Part shown: in pieces, positions 48,001-57,094 of the stretch
Position numbering within the stretch: the first letter of the stretch is position 1
Layout of the letters: every line of letters begins with the position of its first letter
DNA from: Ignavibacteriota bacterium
GTDB lineage: Bacteria; Bacteroidota; Ignavibacteria; Palsa-1295
Assembly: GCA_963787835.1 (NCBI GenBank)
Contig: CAWBEI010000001.1
Span: forward strand, 1-64,000
Reading direction: 5' to 3'
Length of the DNA stretch: 64,000 nucleotides
Translations under genes and position numbers: made by a program
The notes under the pieces: generated by a model
The model's input: only the letters and a program-made list of their open reading frames with translations
Database searches by the model: none
Told to the model about the DNA's origin: nothing

Positions 48001-48154
48001 CCGAAATGTATTAACGCCATTTGACGGTGAGCTTAGTTCAGGATCTCACCAGGTTATGCTCGATACAAAGGCATTGGCTCCGGGAGCTTATTATCTCGAC
48101 ATCATGAGTGGTGGGGAGGCACATGTTACACGGACCATCACCATCCTACCCTGA
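45071..48154 (+). CDS. Secreted S8 (subtilase) serine peptidase with BNR repeats and T9SS C-terminal domain
   Basis: Triad IADVD / HGTHTAG / GTSFASP; AAAGN; TSDGGKTW repeats; VEVYPNP...LYDALGR...LAPGAYY. Confidence 0.92.
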   Translation: MKRILILILLLLSCEQLSVTSRADNRNKGLRPPSTVKITPCAPGVVYVKMKAGSPIGRTIGSNGNVTLSIGPSSAFAKVASTLGIRLTVAVDAHAAKDSISRVFGIDRMYSVYYSNTKIDPHTALAMLMTTGEVECGSVRYLFPVSKTTNDPLLSDEYALTNMNVFDAWDSTFGDTSIVIADVDCAINIDHQDLTGEIKYNWGEIGTDKNGHNKETNGIDDDSDGYIDNWEGWDFCGDVDVESGAALQPNNNPRPREDGSSHGTHTAGCILATGNNHVGIAGVAFGCRLIPIKAAGSDYDNISAGYEGIHYAATHGAKIVNCSWGGFVSAADTAYENAFLNEAIARNMLVVAAAGNNSTTNDGTLEYPADGPGVLSVGASDQNDQPADFSDFGTSVSVWAPGVNIESCDYPGNSAYSAEDGTSFASPLTAGAAGLLWSLHPDWLPKFIAAQLIATCDDVVDPSDQPDYWGRINVGNALTTAPSEPGLVISGYALDGVASDSLGVNHTYDLKVTFTNVLGAGSNLTATPIVSLGAALSTSAVSLGSMQESASANGDFQITRTGVYSQGNLPVRFAVTDGNLYSDTLTLYLPLTVQPGFIFEQGGVYGTSICRVSNTCAWAAFGEASTDPNTGTAVVNNAQFALETGGVWGDTVTLADGSNPPYDVTALDSNTAYFGSGPATSGATTGGTASVIHTANGGKTFDTVSVASFAAFVNTIHFFDPLNGILIGDPVSSKWGIGTTSDGGKTWHTLSKTVVASGSIASWNNATSWVGDNGWFGTNSRQILRTTNRGQSWAAIKTGTNQNSLSVSFAVDATHGLACYQPVSGNGNNAMTISSDSGASWQQLTTLPVANMMPASVQFIPNSTIAILTSNVGVYRTTDYGTTWTPIGIPVSFLADGADLSISRGNGEFVVSVNSPNNGIASYHEAMADTILQAVTPEVNAPVSVEVYPNPVHGSAMVALNLPASGYTRMVLYDALGRNVLTPFDGELSSGSHQVMLDTKALAPGAYYLDIMSGGEAHVTRTITILP

Positions 48155-48197
48155 GTAATGACGGGAACTTGTCGCTTCATCGCCGTCATCCGAATGA

Positions 48198-49838
48198 ATG
48201 ATCGCTGATATACCGGTTTTAAGCATTATTACATTCCTGCCGCTCGTGGGAATGTTTATTACCTCCTTTGTTCCTCGCGCACATGTTCGAATGTTGCGCG
48301 GGGTGACGCTTGCCATCGCGGTACTTCAGCTCGCCATCGCGATCCTGATCTGCCTGAATTTTAATCACTCACTTTCAGGGATCAACGATGCGAAGAGCTT
48401 CCAATTCGTTGAGCGCATGCCGTGGATTAGGTTGTCGGGTCTGGGAATCTTCGGCAATCTTGCGATCGATTATTTCATGGGGTTGGATGGCCTTTCCGTG
48501 ACAATGATCTTGCTGACGGCGATCGTCACGCTGATCGGCGCTATTGCAAGCTTCTCCATTGAGCGCAACGTCAAAGGGTACTTCCTAATGTATCTGTTGC
48601 TGGATATTGGGATGATGGGTACGTTTTGTTCGCTCAACTTTTTCCTGTTCTACATCTTTTGGGAGCTGATGCTTCTGCCGATGTATTTTCTGATCGGCAT
48701 CTGGGGTGGTGCCCGCCGGGAATATGCGGCGATGAAGTTCTTTCTTTACACACTGCTGGGTTCGCTCTCGATGTTGCTCGTGATGATCGGCCTCTTTTTT
48801 TCCAATCAGGTCATGCTGTTCGTTCCGGGTACGCATCAGGTTGTGATGAGTGCGCTGACCCACAAACCAGAGCTATATCATTCGTTCAGTATGCTCCGTA
48901 TGATGGACCCAACTGCGATGAATCACGGTGGTATTTTTAGCGGCCTTGCTACGAGTTGGCGGTATATTGGATTTTTGGGACTATTCTTCGCCTTTGCAGT
49001 GAAGATCCCGATGGTGCCGTTCCATACCTGGCTTCCGGATGCGCACGTCGAAGCACCGACTGCGATCTCTGTAATCTTAGCTGGCGTTTTGCTTAAAATG
49101 GGAGGATATGGCATCCTGCGTTTATCGCTGGGTATCTTTCCCGAAATTGCTGTTTCGCTCTCATGGTATATGGCGCTTTTTGGCGTCATCAATATTATCT
49201 ACGGTGCACTCTGTGCGATGGCACAGACCGATTTTAAGCGGTTGATCGCCTATAGCTCCGTCAGCCACATGGGATTTATTTTGCTCGGCATTGCCTCGCT
49301 GAATGCTCAGGGAATGATCGGTGCGGTACTGCAAATGTTCAATCATGGCATCGTTACCGCCATGTTGTTCCTCATTGTCGGCGTGCTTTACGATCGAACC
49401 CAGACGCGTGGGATATTGGAGTTTGGCGGCCTTGCGAATCAAATGCCGAAGTACTTCGCGATCGTTGTCATCGCTTTTTTCGCGGCGCTTGGGCTTCCGG
49501 CACTTTCGATGTTCATCTCTGAAGCGCTCGTTTTTATCGGTTCCTTCCAGACGTGGCAAACCTTTACCATCATCGCTACACTCGGAATTATTCTGACTGC
49601 AGCCTATTTCCTGACAACGCTCCAAAAGATGTTTTATGGCACGATCCCGGAAAAATGGAACACGCTTACCGATCTGACTGCGCGTGAAATGATCTCCCTT
49701 GTTCCACTTGCCGCGCTCGTCATTGCACTTGGTATCTATCCAGGCCCGGTCATCGATCTCACGACGACGAGCGTGAATGCGCTGGTCTCGTTCGTCCATG
49801 CTTATGCGCCCATTCGCGGGGCAGCCATACTTCCGTAG
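48198..49838 (+). CDS. nuoM: NADH-quinone oxidoreductase subunit M
   Basis: FWELMLLPMY, HTWLPDAHVEAP, LLKMGGYG, LIAYSSVSHMG. Confidence 0.97.
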   Translation: MIADIPVLSIITFLPLVGMFITSFVPRAHVRMLRGVTLAIAVLQLAIAILICLNFNHSLSGINDAKSFQFVERMPWIRLSGLGIFGNLAIDYFMGLDGLSVTMILLTAIVTLIGAIASFSIERNVKGYFLMYLLLDIGMMGTFCSLNFFLFYIFWELMLLPMYFLIGIWGGARREYAAMKFFLYTLLGSLSMLLVMIGLFFSNQVMLFVPGTHQVVMSALTHKPELYHSFSMLRMMDPTAMNHGGIFSGLATSWRYIGFLGLFFAFAVKIPMVPFHTWLPDAHVEAPTAISVILAGVLLKMGGYGILRLSLGIFPEIAVSLSWYMALFGVINIIYGALCAMAQTDFKRLIAYSSVSHMGFILLGIASLNAQGMIGAVLQMFNHGIVTAMLFLIVGVLYDRTQTRGILEFGGLANQMPKYFAIVVIAFFAALGLPALSMFISEALVFIGSFQTWQTFTIIATLGIILTAAYFLTTLQKMFYGTIPEKWNTLTDLTAREMISLVPLAALVIALGIYPGPVIDLTTTSVNALVSFVHAYAPIRGAAILP

Positions 49839-49846
49839 CGCGCACT

Positions 49847-51541
49847 ATGCCTCCGAAACTCGATACATTGGAGCGCATTGCTCATGCCGTTCAAGGGTAT
49901 GCTGCGATCAGTGTTAATGGCTTTGCTCCTGAACTAATTCTCGGTCTGGGATTTTTGTGCGCGATACTCTTAGATGCACTTACGAAACATGCTTCTTCGA
50001 AACGATTTTCAGTACTCTTTGCCGCGATAGTTCTCGCCATTGCAGGAGGGTTTGCCTGCGCCCAGTGGCATCCCTTCGACCCACTCCACCTCCGCGACTG
50101 GCAACCGGGGTTCCTTGCATTTCCATATTCGCAAACGCTCTTCGGGCCAGCCGTGCAGAATGCACATCTCGTGCATGGGTACGCCATGGGTGTTGTCGAT
50201 AATTTCAGCGTGTTCTTTAAACTATTTGTATCGGTAGCGGGAATTCTTGCGCTGCTCATGTCTTTAGCGTCTCAAAAACTGAATGAGGAGCCACGAAGAT
50301 TTGGGGAATATTCGTCGCTCATTCTCGGAATGTCCATCGGGCTGTACCTTATGCCTGCTTCGACCGATCTTATCATGATGTACGTCTCACTGGAACTTGC
50401 TTCGATCGGGGGATATATTCTTTCGGGATTTTTTCGACAGACCGAGCACGGAGCGGAAGCCTCATTGAAATATATTCTCTTCGGAGCGCTTTCATCGGGA
50501 TTGATGATCTACGGGTTTTCGCTTTTCTTTGGACTTACGGGGAGCACAAATATTATTGCGATACGTCAGGTGCTGGCCTTGAATCCAGATTTGCATTCTG
50601 CTGCAAATGTGTCTGTGCTATGGTTTGCTACTATACTTGTACTGGTTGGGATGGGTTACAAGATCAGCGCTGTGCCATTTCATTTTTGGACGCCGGATGT
50701 CTATGAGGGGGCGCCGGTGCCGGTGACCGGGTTTCTTTCCGTTGCATCGAAGGCGGCTGGATTTGGTATGCTGATCCGATTTCTATTCTTTATTTTTCCT
50801 GAAAGCGCAAAAAATGGAGCTCAACTGATTGACTGGCACACCGGGATCGCGATCCTTGCGGTGCTGACGATGACGTTTGGGAACCTTGCCGCGCTGCTTC
50901 AATCGAATGTGCGGCGAATGTTGGCCTATAGTACGATAGCGCATTCCGGATACATGCTGGCGGTATTAGCTACCGGCACTGTTTCGGGTATTGTTGCGGT
51001 CATGATCTATCTTGCGGGGTATCTCTTCATGCAGCTTGGCGCATTTTTCGCAGTGATGCTGATCGAGAATAAGATCGGCTCCGAAGAGATCGACGATTAT
51101 CGTGGCCTGATGCTCCGCGCTCCAATTGTTTGCTCGGCATTGGTTATTTTTCTTGTATCGCTGACCGGCATACCTCTTACTGTGGGTTTTGTGGGAAAGT
51201 TTTATCTCCTAAGCACGTTGCTGAGGCCGGATGCAACAACACACGCGATGCCCTGGCTGTGGCTCGGCGTGGCGCTGATCTTGAACTCGGTCCTGTCGCT
51301 CTATTATTATCTTCGCGTGGCAGCCTCGATGTTCTTAAAGCGGCCGATCGGGACTTCCACGCTCGAGCGCATTTCCGAAACATTGGTGAAGTCACAGAGT
51401 ATTCATTACTCGATACCTGTTATGGTATTGCTGCTTGTTATGGTCATTCCGGTGATAGGGCTGGGAGTCTATTTTCAGCCGCTCGTAGATTTTGCGAGCA
51501 ATGTCGTTCGATTTTTTAATTTCGATAATTTTCGCTATTAA
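49847..51541 (+). CDS. nuoN: NADH-quinone oxidoreductase subunit N
   Basis: EASLKY, PFHFWTPDVYEGAP, RMLAYSTIAHSGY. Confidence 0.97.
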   Translation: MPPKLDTLERIAHAVQGYAAISVNGFAPELILGLGFLCAILLDALTKHASSKRFSVLFAAIVLAIAGGFACAQWHPFDPLHLRDWQPGFLAFPYSQTLFGPAVQNAHLVHGYAMGVVDNFSVFFKLFVSVAGILALLMSLASQKLNEEPRRFGEYSSLILGMSIGLYLMPASTDLIMMYVSLELASIGGYILSGFFRQTEHGAEASLKYILFGALSSGLMIYGFSLFFGLTGSTNIIAIRQVLALNPDLHSAANVSVLWFATILVLVGMGYKISAVPFHFWTPDVYEGAPVPVTGFLSVASKAAGFGMLIRFLFFIFPESAKNGAQLIDWHTGIAILAVLTMTFGNLAALLQSNVRRMLAYSTIAHSGYMLAVLATGTVSGIVAVMIYLAGYLFMQLGAFFAVMLIENKIGSEEIDDYRGLMLRAPIVCSALVIFLVSLTGIPLTVGFVGKFYLLSTLLRPDATTHAMPWLWLGVALILNSVLSLYYYLRVAASMFLKRPIGTSTLERISETLVKSQSIHYSIPVMVLLLVMVIPVIGLGVYFQPLVDFASNVVRFFNFDNFRY

Positions 51542-51557
51542 TGTGTTAAGGTAAAAT

Positions 51558-51887
51558 ATGGCACTAGAAATTCCTTTTGAAATATCCGTTCAAGAATTAA
51601 AAGAATGGATGGACACCGGTAAAGAATTTGTTCTTATTGACGTCCGCGAACCGAGCGAGTACGCGATCGCGAACATCGGCGGCAAGCTGATACCGTTGAA
51701 TACCATTCCCGAACATCTCTCCGAGTTCGATCCGGAAGCCGAGATCGTGGTTCAATGTAAAGTTGGCGGACGTAGCGGTATGGCTGTGGAATTCATGCGG
51801 CGTAACGGCCTTCCGAAGGCGAGAAATCTTCGTGGCGGCATCCTCGCATGGAGCAAGGAAATAGATCCTTCGGTGCCGCAATATTAA
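51558..51887 (+). CDS. Rhodanese-like domain protein
   Basis: LIDVREPSEY, CKVGGRS, NLRGGILAW; resembles the MoeB/MoeZ C-terminus. Confidence 0.9.
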   Translation: MALEIPFEISVQELKEWMDTGKEFVLIDVREPSEYAIANIGGKLIPLNTIPEHLSEFDPEAEIVVQCKVGGRSGMAVEFMRRNGLPKARNLRGGILAWSKEIDPSVPQY

Positions 51888-51894
51888 ATTTGAG

Positions 51895-52953
51895 ATGAAT
51901 ATCAAAGCATTAGCGGAGCAAGTAGGCGCAGTTTCCATCGAATTATCGCGCGGAGACGAGGAGATCACTTGCGCGACCGGTATCGAGGACGGAGTTCCCG
52001 GTGCGGTAACCTTCATCGGCAATCCACTCTACGAGCGCTTTCTTTCTTCGACAAAGGCGACGGCCGTTATCGTCAGCGAGTACCAGAGCGCATCCTATTC
52101 TTTGGGTTCCGGCCCAGCTCTTTTGCGCGTAAAGAATCCCTATGAAGGCTTTGCTCGCGCGCTGGAGATCTTCAGCCCGAAACGGGAAATGCCGCCTGTC
52201 GGCATTCACCCGAGCGCCGTTGTTTCCGATACGGCACACGTTCATGCAAACGCTCACGTTGGGCCACATGTATTTGTCGGACCACGCGCCTCCATTGGTG
52301 CGAACACGATCTTGCGTCATGGTTCCTACATTGGCGTAGATGCGGTGATCGGGGAGGACTGTGAAATTCATCCCCATGCTGTGATCTATGACCGGATGCG
52401 GCTTGGGAACCGAGTCGTTGTTGGGGCAGGCAGCGTTATCGGATTCGACGGGTTCGGTTATGTGCCGATGGGCGATGGAAGTTACCGTAAGATTCCCCAG
52501 ATCGGAATTGTTGTGTTAGAAGACGATGTCGAGATCGGCGCGAATACCACGATCGATCGCGCAACGGTCGCTGAAACAAGAATCCGTAAAGGCGTCAAGC
52601 TTGATAATCTTGTGCAGATCGCACATAATGTCGATGTTGGCGAGAACACTGTGATGGCTTCGCAGACGGGTATTGCCGGTTCGACGAAGATCGGGCGGCA
52701 AAATATCCTCGGTGGTCAGTCCGGCGTGACGGGCCATATCGAAACCGTAGCCGGCGTGATCGTTGGCGCGCAATCGGGTCTCTCGAAAAACACGACAAAA
52801 GCCGGACTGTATATGGGAAGCCCCGCCAGAGCCAGCCGCGAAATGCTGAAGCAGGAAGGAGCCATGCGGTCGTTGCCAGAACTTATTGAACGGGTCAAGC
52901 AGCTTGAGGAAAAACTCGCCGCAATGACAGAGGTGGATCATACCGGCCGGTGA
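51895..52953 (+). CDS. lpxD: UDP-3-O-acylglucosamine N-acyltransferase
   Basis: Hexapeptide repeats, DGFGY, DDVEIGANTTIDRA, DNLVQIAHNV. Confidence 0.96.
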   Translation: MNIKALAEQVGAVSIELSRGDEEITCATGIEDGVPGAVTFIGNPLYERFLSSTKATAVIVSEYQSASYSLGSGPALLRVKNPYEGFARALEIFSPKREMPPVGIHPSAVVSDTAHVHANAHVGPHVFVGPRASIGANTILRHGSYIGVDAVIGEDCEIHPHAVIYDRMRLGNRVVVGAGSVIGFDGFGYVPMGDGSYRKIPQIGIVVLEDDVEIGANTTIDRATVAETRIRKGVKLDNLVQIAHNVDVGENTVMASQTGIAGSTKIGRQNILGGQSGVTGHIETVAGVIVGAQSGLSKNTTKAGLYMGSPARASREMLKQEGAMRSLPELIERVKQLEEKLAAMTEVDHTGR

Positions 52954-52995
52954 ACTGCCCCGTAGCCCAATCACATACATTTTGTCCCTACATTT

Positions 52996-54117
52996 TTGGA
53001 GCGATCTGAACTAACGCACTATCTCGCGCTGCACTTCACGAGCGGAATTGGCTCGCGGAGGCTGCTTGCGCTGATGCAATATTTTTCTTCTGCGGAGCGT
53101 GCGTTTGCCGCAAGTCCGCATGAAATCATGAATGTGCCGGGATTTGGGAAGGACACCACCGCCGCGATCATCTCCGGGCGAGCCGAAGCGCTGGAATACG
53201 CCAGTTCCCAGCTCGCGAACATTCCGGAGGATACCACCATCCTGACCTATTTCGATGATGGTTATCCGAACGACTTGAAGGCAACGTATGCTCCGCCTCC
53301 ACTCCTGTACGTTAGGGGAAATGCCGATCTGCTGAGTAGTGAGCGAATGGTTGCCATCGTGGGATCTCGGAAGACGAGCGATTACGGGCGCATCACCGCC
53401 AAAGCGTTTGCGGAGGGTTTTGTCGCGGATCAGGTGACGTTGGTCAGTGGTTTTGCGAAGGGCATCGACACAGCGGCGCATGTTGCGACCTACGAGGCCG
53501 GTGGAAACACTATTGCTGTGCTGGGGTCGGGTGTGGATGTTATTTATCCCTATTCGAACAAATCGTTCTCGGAGGCATTGATCGAAAGCGGCAGGGGAGC
53601 GATCGTTTCAGAGTTACCGCTTGGCACAAAGCCGGACGCTCGCAATTTTCCGTGGCGTAATCGCATTGTGTGCGGGATGTCACGGGCAACCATTATCATC
53701 GAGAGCGAAGTGTCGGGAGGGTCGATGATCACCGCTTCGCTGGCGCTGGATGAAAGCAGGGATGTCTTCGCAGTTCCCGGGGACATCACGCGCCCATCGA
53801 GCGGAGGGCCGAACCAGCTTATTCGCGAGAGCCGCGCCAAACTTGCGGAATCTGCCGAGCAAGTGCTGGAAGAATTGGGATGGTCCAGCAAAGCCGGAGC
53901 CCGGAAGGAACGAAAGCCAGTCGAGCGAACGGGACTTTCCATGTTCGAAACGAAGATCGTCGATGTGCTCGAAGAGGCGGGTGGGCCGCTCCAGATCGAC
54001 GCGCTGGCCGAACGCGCTGGGCTCGATGTGCAGGATATTCTCGTACAGCTTCTCAATCTCGAATTCAAATCCATCGTCCGCCAAATGGCGGGGAAGCAAT
54101 TTATGCTGGTGGGGTAG
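52996..54117 (+). CDS. dprA: DNA-processing protein DprA
   Basis: VAIVGSR, VSGFAKGIDTAAH, FPWRNRIV, SGGSMITA, VFAVPG. Confidence 0.96.
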   Translation: MERSELTHYLALHFTSGIGSRRLLALMQYFSSAERAFAASPHEIMNVPGFGKDTTAAIISGRAEALEYASSQLANIPEDTTILTYFDDGYPNDLKATYAPPPLLYVRGNADLLSSERMVAIVGSRKTSDYGRITAKAFAEGFVADQVTLVSGFAKGIDTAAHVATYEAGGNTIAVLGSGVDVIYPYSNKSFSEALIESGRGAIVSELPLGTKPDARNFPWRNRIVCGMSRATIIIESEVSGGSMITASLALDESRDVFAVPGDITRPSSGGPNQLIRESRAKLAESAEQVLEELGWSSKAGARKERKPVERTGLSMFETKIVDVLEEAGGPLQIDALAERAGLDVQDILVQLLNLEFKSIVRQMAGKQFMLVG

Positions 54118-54154
54118 AGGTGAGTTGCGGTGTGCCTGGTGGCGAACTTTTTCT

Positions 54155-54388
54155 TTAATCTTCCTGATGATTCTCCGGGAGAAGTAATAGATGTGGAGGA
54201 ATCTTCAGCGCTTTGGCGATTTTCTCTAAACTTACAATGGAAATGTTTTCTTCGCCGCGCTCCAAACGGCTTAGATAATCGGAAGATAGCTTAGACTTCA
54301 TCCCAAGGGCTTCTTGGGTAAGATTAGCTGATTTTCGAAAATATCTAATATTGGTCGAGACTATTTCGAGCAACTTCACAAGACCCAA
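54155..54388 (-). CDS. XRE-family HTH regulator (C-protein-like)
   Basis: NIRYFRKSANLTQEAL...YLSRLERGEENISIVSLEKIAKAL. Confidence 0.9.
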   Translation of the reverse strand: MGLVKLLEIVSTNIRYFRKSANLTQEALGMKSKLSSDYLSRLERGEENISIVSLEKIAKALKIPPHLLLLPENHQED

Positions 54389-54398
54389 TTTACCCGAT

Positions 54399-54456
54399 TA
54401 GACCTATAAAGCCTTAGACGTTTGCGTCTATCAATGATTTTTTTATCGTATCTTTG
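54399..54456. promoter_or_regulatory. Putative tandem XRE operator and divergent Bacteroidota-type promoter
   Basis: TAGAC (54399), TAGAC-N6-GTCTA (54415-54430), -7 box TATCTTTG (54449-54456). Confidence 0.55.
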
Positions 54457-54515
54457 TACCGGTAGTTTGTAACAAAACGTGTTTCACGAAGTTATTTATT
54501 AAAAGAGGTGTATTT

Positions 54516-55913
54516 ATGAGACGTTGGAGTTTGTTAGCAATCGTGTTTTTGGGATTGGTTTTCAGTTCAAGCCGTGCTTATTCGCAGGCGAATACTTTCC
54601 CTGCGACGGGGAACGCCGGAATAGGTACGCTGACAGCAACTGGTGCGATCCAAAGTGCGCTCCAGATTCTTTATAGTGGCTCGACAACGGACACGGCAAT
54701 GCTCCGTTTTACTGATGGGAGCACGACCACGAGCACTACTTTTGGGACGATCGGGTTAATGCCCACCACCGGCTCTCATACCTATTCCTCGTTTTCAAAT
54801 GAAGCTGATCTGGTGATTCACGAGCATAGTCAGGGAGATCTCATCCTGACAAATTTCCAGTCCTACAGCCTGTCACATCCATACGGTGCGATAAGGATGG
54901 CTACAACGCCCAGTGCGGCTTCACTTCCCACGTCGTTGCCAACGGTGCATGATTTCGAACGAATTTCCGTCATGCCCAATGGGAATGTGGGCATTAATAT
55001 TCCACCGAATACATCGGGGAGTAGCGCCGGGCTTGACTCCGTCGTGGATCAACTGCAGATCGGAGGAGGCACTGTTATATTGCCGGGTGAGGTTGATCCA
55101 CTCCCAGGGCTGACACTTTATGGAGGAAACCGGTTTGAAGGATTACCTACAAGCAGCAATTTGTACCCGGCCGATTGGCGATATATCTCGTTCAATAACT
55201 ATCTCGATCATTCCGATAGCTCCATTAATCATATCAAACGTCCTGCACACACGGCTTCTGCGGGTATCTCGTTTTCGGATTTCCAGCAGGGAACGTTGCA
55301 ACTCTGGGCAGAACCTTATGACGCTGGACACTCGAATAACAGATATCATAGCATGACTTTGAATCTGACCGGTCAAAATGGCCTCTCTTTGTGGCAATAC
55401 AATGACAGCAGCGCTACCGTCTATCATCACTTGTTCGATGTCCTGCCGCCCGGAGACACCGCCTGGCCACTTCTTCGAAATCCCAACGGTGCGTTCATTC
55501 ATCACACTCCCGTTTATATCACGTCGGATAGTACATCAACGCCTTCTGCTAATTTCATGAATTTTTCAGTACATCCCTCGTATGGGGATGACTCCACTTG
55601 GATGCTTGCCGTAAACGGGCCAATGCTTGCGAAGGAATTTTACATGAGCATTGATTTTCCCGATTATGTGTTCGACCCAGAATACAAGCTCATGTCGCTT
55701 GGCGATCTCAAAGAATTTATTAACGAGAACCATCATTTGCCGGATGTTCCGTCAGCCAAACAAATTGATTCGACCGGCATGCCGGTTGGTAAGACCGAAG
55801 CGAAGATGATGCAAAAGATAGAGGAACTAACTCGGTACATTCTGCAGCAACAGGACGAGATTGAACAACTGAACTCGAAGGTTCTGGAACTTGAGAACAA
55901 GGAGGAAAAATGA
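54516..55913 (+). CDS. Secreted tail-fibre-like protein with C-terminal PDYVF...HLP..PSA...KIEELT (S74/chaperone-like) coiled-coil domain
   Basis: Signal peptide ...AYS|Q; GNAGIGT and NGNVGI motifs; FPDYVFDPEYKLMSL...HHLPDVPSA...MQKIEELTRYI. Confidence 0.8.
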   Translation: MRRWSLLAIVFLGLVFSSSRAYSQANTFPATGNAGIGTLTATGAIQSALQILYSGSTTDTAMLRFTDGSTTTSTTFGTIGLMPTTGSHTYSSFSNEADLVIHEHSQGDLILTNFQSYSLSHPYGAIRMATTPSAASLPTSLPTVHDFERISVMPNGNVGINIPPNTSGSSAGLDSVVDQLQIGGGTVILPGEVDPLPGLTLYGGNRFEGLPTSSNLYPADWRYISFNNYLDHSDSSINHIKRPAHTASAGISFSDFQQGTLQLWAEPYDAGHSNNRYHSMTLNLTGQNGLSLWQYNDSSATVYHHLFDVLPPGDTAWPLLRNPNGAFIHHTPVYITSDSTSTPSANFMNFSVHPSYGDDSTWMLAVNGPMLAKEFYMSIDFPDYVFDPEYKLMSLGDLKEFINENHHLPDVPSAKQIDSTGMPVGKTEAKMMQKIEELTRYILQQQDEIEQLNSKVLELENKEEK

Positions 55914-57094
55914 AACGCATACTCATTACCATCATCATTCTAACGGCTGCATGGCCTATTGCTGCCCAATGGAAAACAGTTTCATTAAATGGCTCTGTTC
56001 TTGCCTTTGGCGTGGTCTACGACACGATTCTCTTCGCAAGCGTCGGGCCCGATAGATTATCCAGCGATGTCGCATTGGCCCGCTATACACCCGGAAGTCC
56101 CAGTGGCGACTGGACGGGATGGGATAATGGGATCAACCTCAAAGATGATGGCCCCATCTATTCCTTCGCGTATTTGGGATCTAAAATATTTGCTGGTCCG
56201 CGAGGGGAAGGTGTTGTAGTTTGGGTTTCTTCAAACAATGGTGACACCTGGGGAATGTCCCTTGCCGGAAGTCCGATTGCATCGAATGGGCGGTATCTTT
56301 TTGGAGGTTATACCAATCCATTTGCATTGCTTCGATCGAAAGATACGGGCAAAACATGGGATTCCGTTGCAGCTATTGGAGCAAGCAGCTTTGGGACGTT
56401 TGGTTCGCTCATCTTAGCCGGCACTGCGAATGGCGTATGGCGCTCCACCGATAACGGGCTTACATGGGACTCAACCTCAGCACCCTTTGGGAACGTGGAA
56501 TTTGCCAAAGTAGGAACCGATATTATTGCGGCCAATGACTCGATGATTGAATCCACCGATTCCGGTTTGCATTGGCAAAGGGTTCCCTTTAGCCGTCCTT
56601 TCTATAAAATTGCCAGCGACAGCACCTACCTTTTTGCCGGAACGGATTCCGGCGTGTATGTTTCATTAGACAAAGGCATGCATTGGTTCCAAAAGAATCA
56701 GGGGCTTCCACCCTTCTATATGGTTTCAGCATTGTGCGTATTCGATACCTTTCTGTTCGTGAATGCGGAAGCTTCGGATGGGGAGTATTACACGGCGAAG
56801 TGTCCGATATCGTTCCTTGTCGATACAACGACCGCTGCGGTACGTGAACTCCCGGTGAGCGATTCCGTCGAGATTTATCCCAATCCGACATCTGGAATGG
56901 TTACCATTATGAGCGGCAGTTCCATTCTTGGGGTGGTGGTAACAGATGTATTGGGAACGGACGTCTATTCGATTTCTAAGCTGGATCAGCAGAGTGCGAC
57001 GCTCGATCTGTCTCATATTGTTCCTGGAGCGTACTTCATTCGCATCCGGTCGGCGGCAGCGATAACGCTTAAGAAACTAAGCATTGTGAGGTGA
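55910..57094 (+). CDS. Secreted BNR-repeat protein with T9SS C-terminal domain
   Basis: RSKDTGKTW and RSTDNGLTW repeats; VEIYPNPTSG...PGAYFIRI. Confidence 0.85.
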   Translation: MKRILITIIILTAAWPIAAQWKTVSLNGSVLAFGVVYDTILFASVGPDRLSSDVALARYTPGSPSGDWTGWDNGINLKDDGPIYSFAYLGSKIFAGPRGEGVVVWVSSNNGDTWGMSLAGSPIASNGRYLFGGYTNPFALLRSKDTGKTWDSVAAIGASSFGTFGSLILAGTANGVWRSTDNGLTWDSTSAPFGNVEFAKVGTDIIAANDSMIESTDSGLHWQRVPFSRPFYKIASDSTYLFAGTDSGVYVSLDKGMHWFQKNQGLPPFYMVSALCVFDTFLFVNAEASDGEYYTAKCPISFLVDTTTAAVRELPVSDSVEIYPNPTSGMVTIMSGSSILGVVVTDVLGTDVYSISKLDQQSATLDLSHIVPGAYFIRIRSAAAITLKKLSIVR

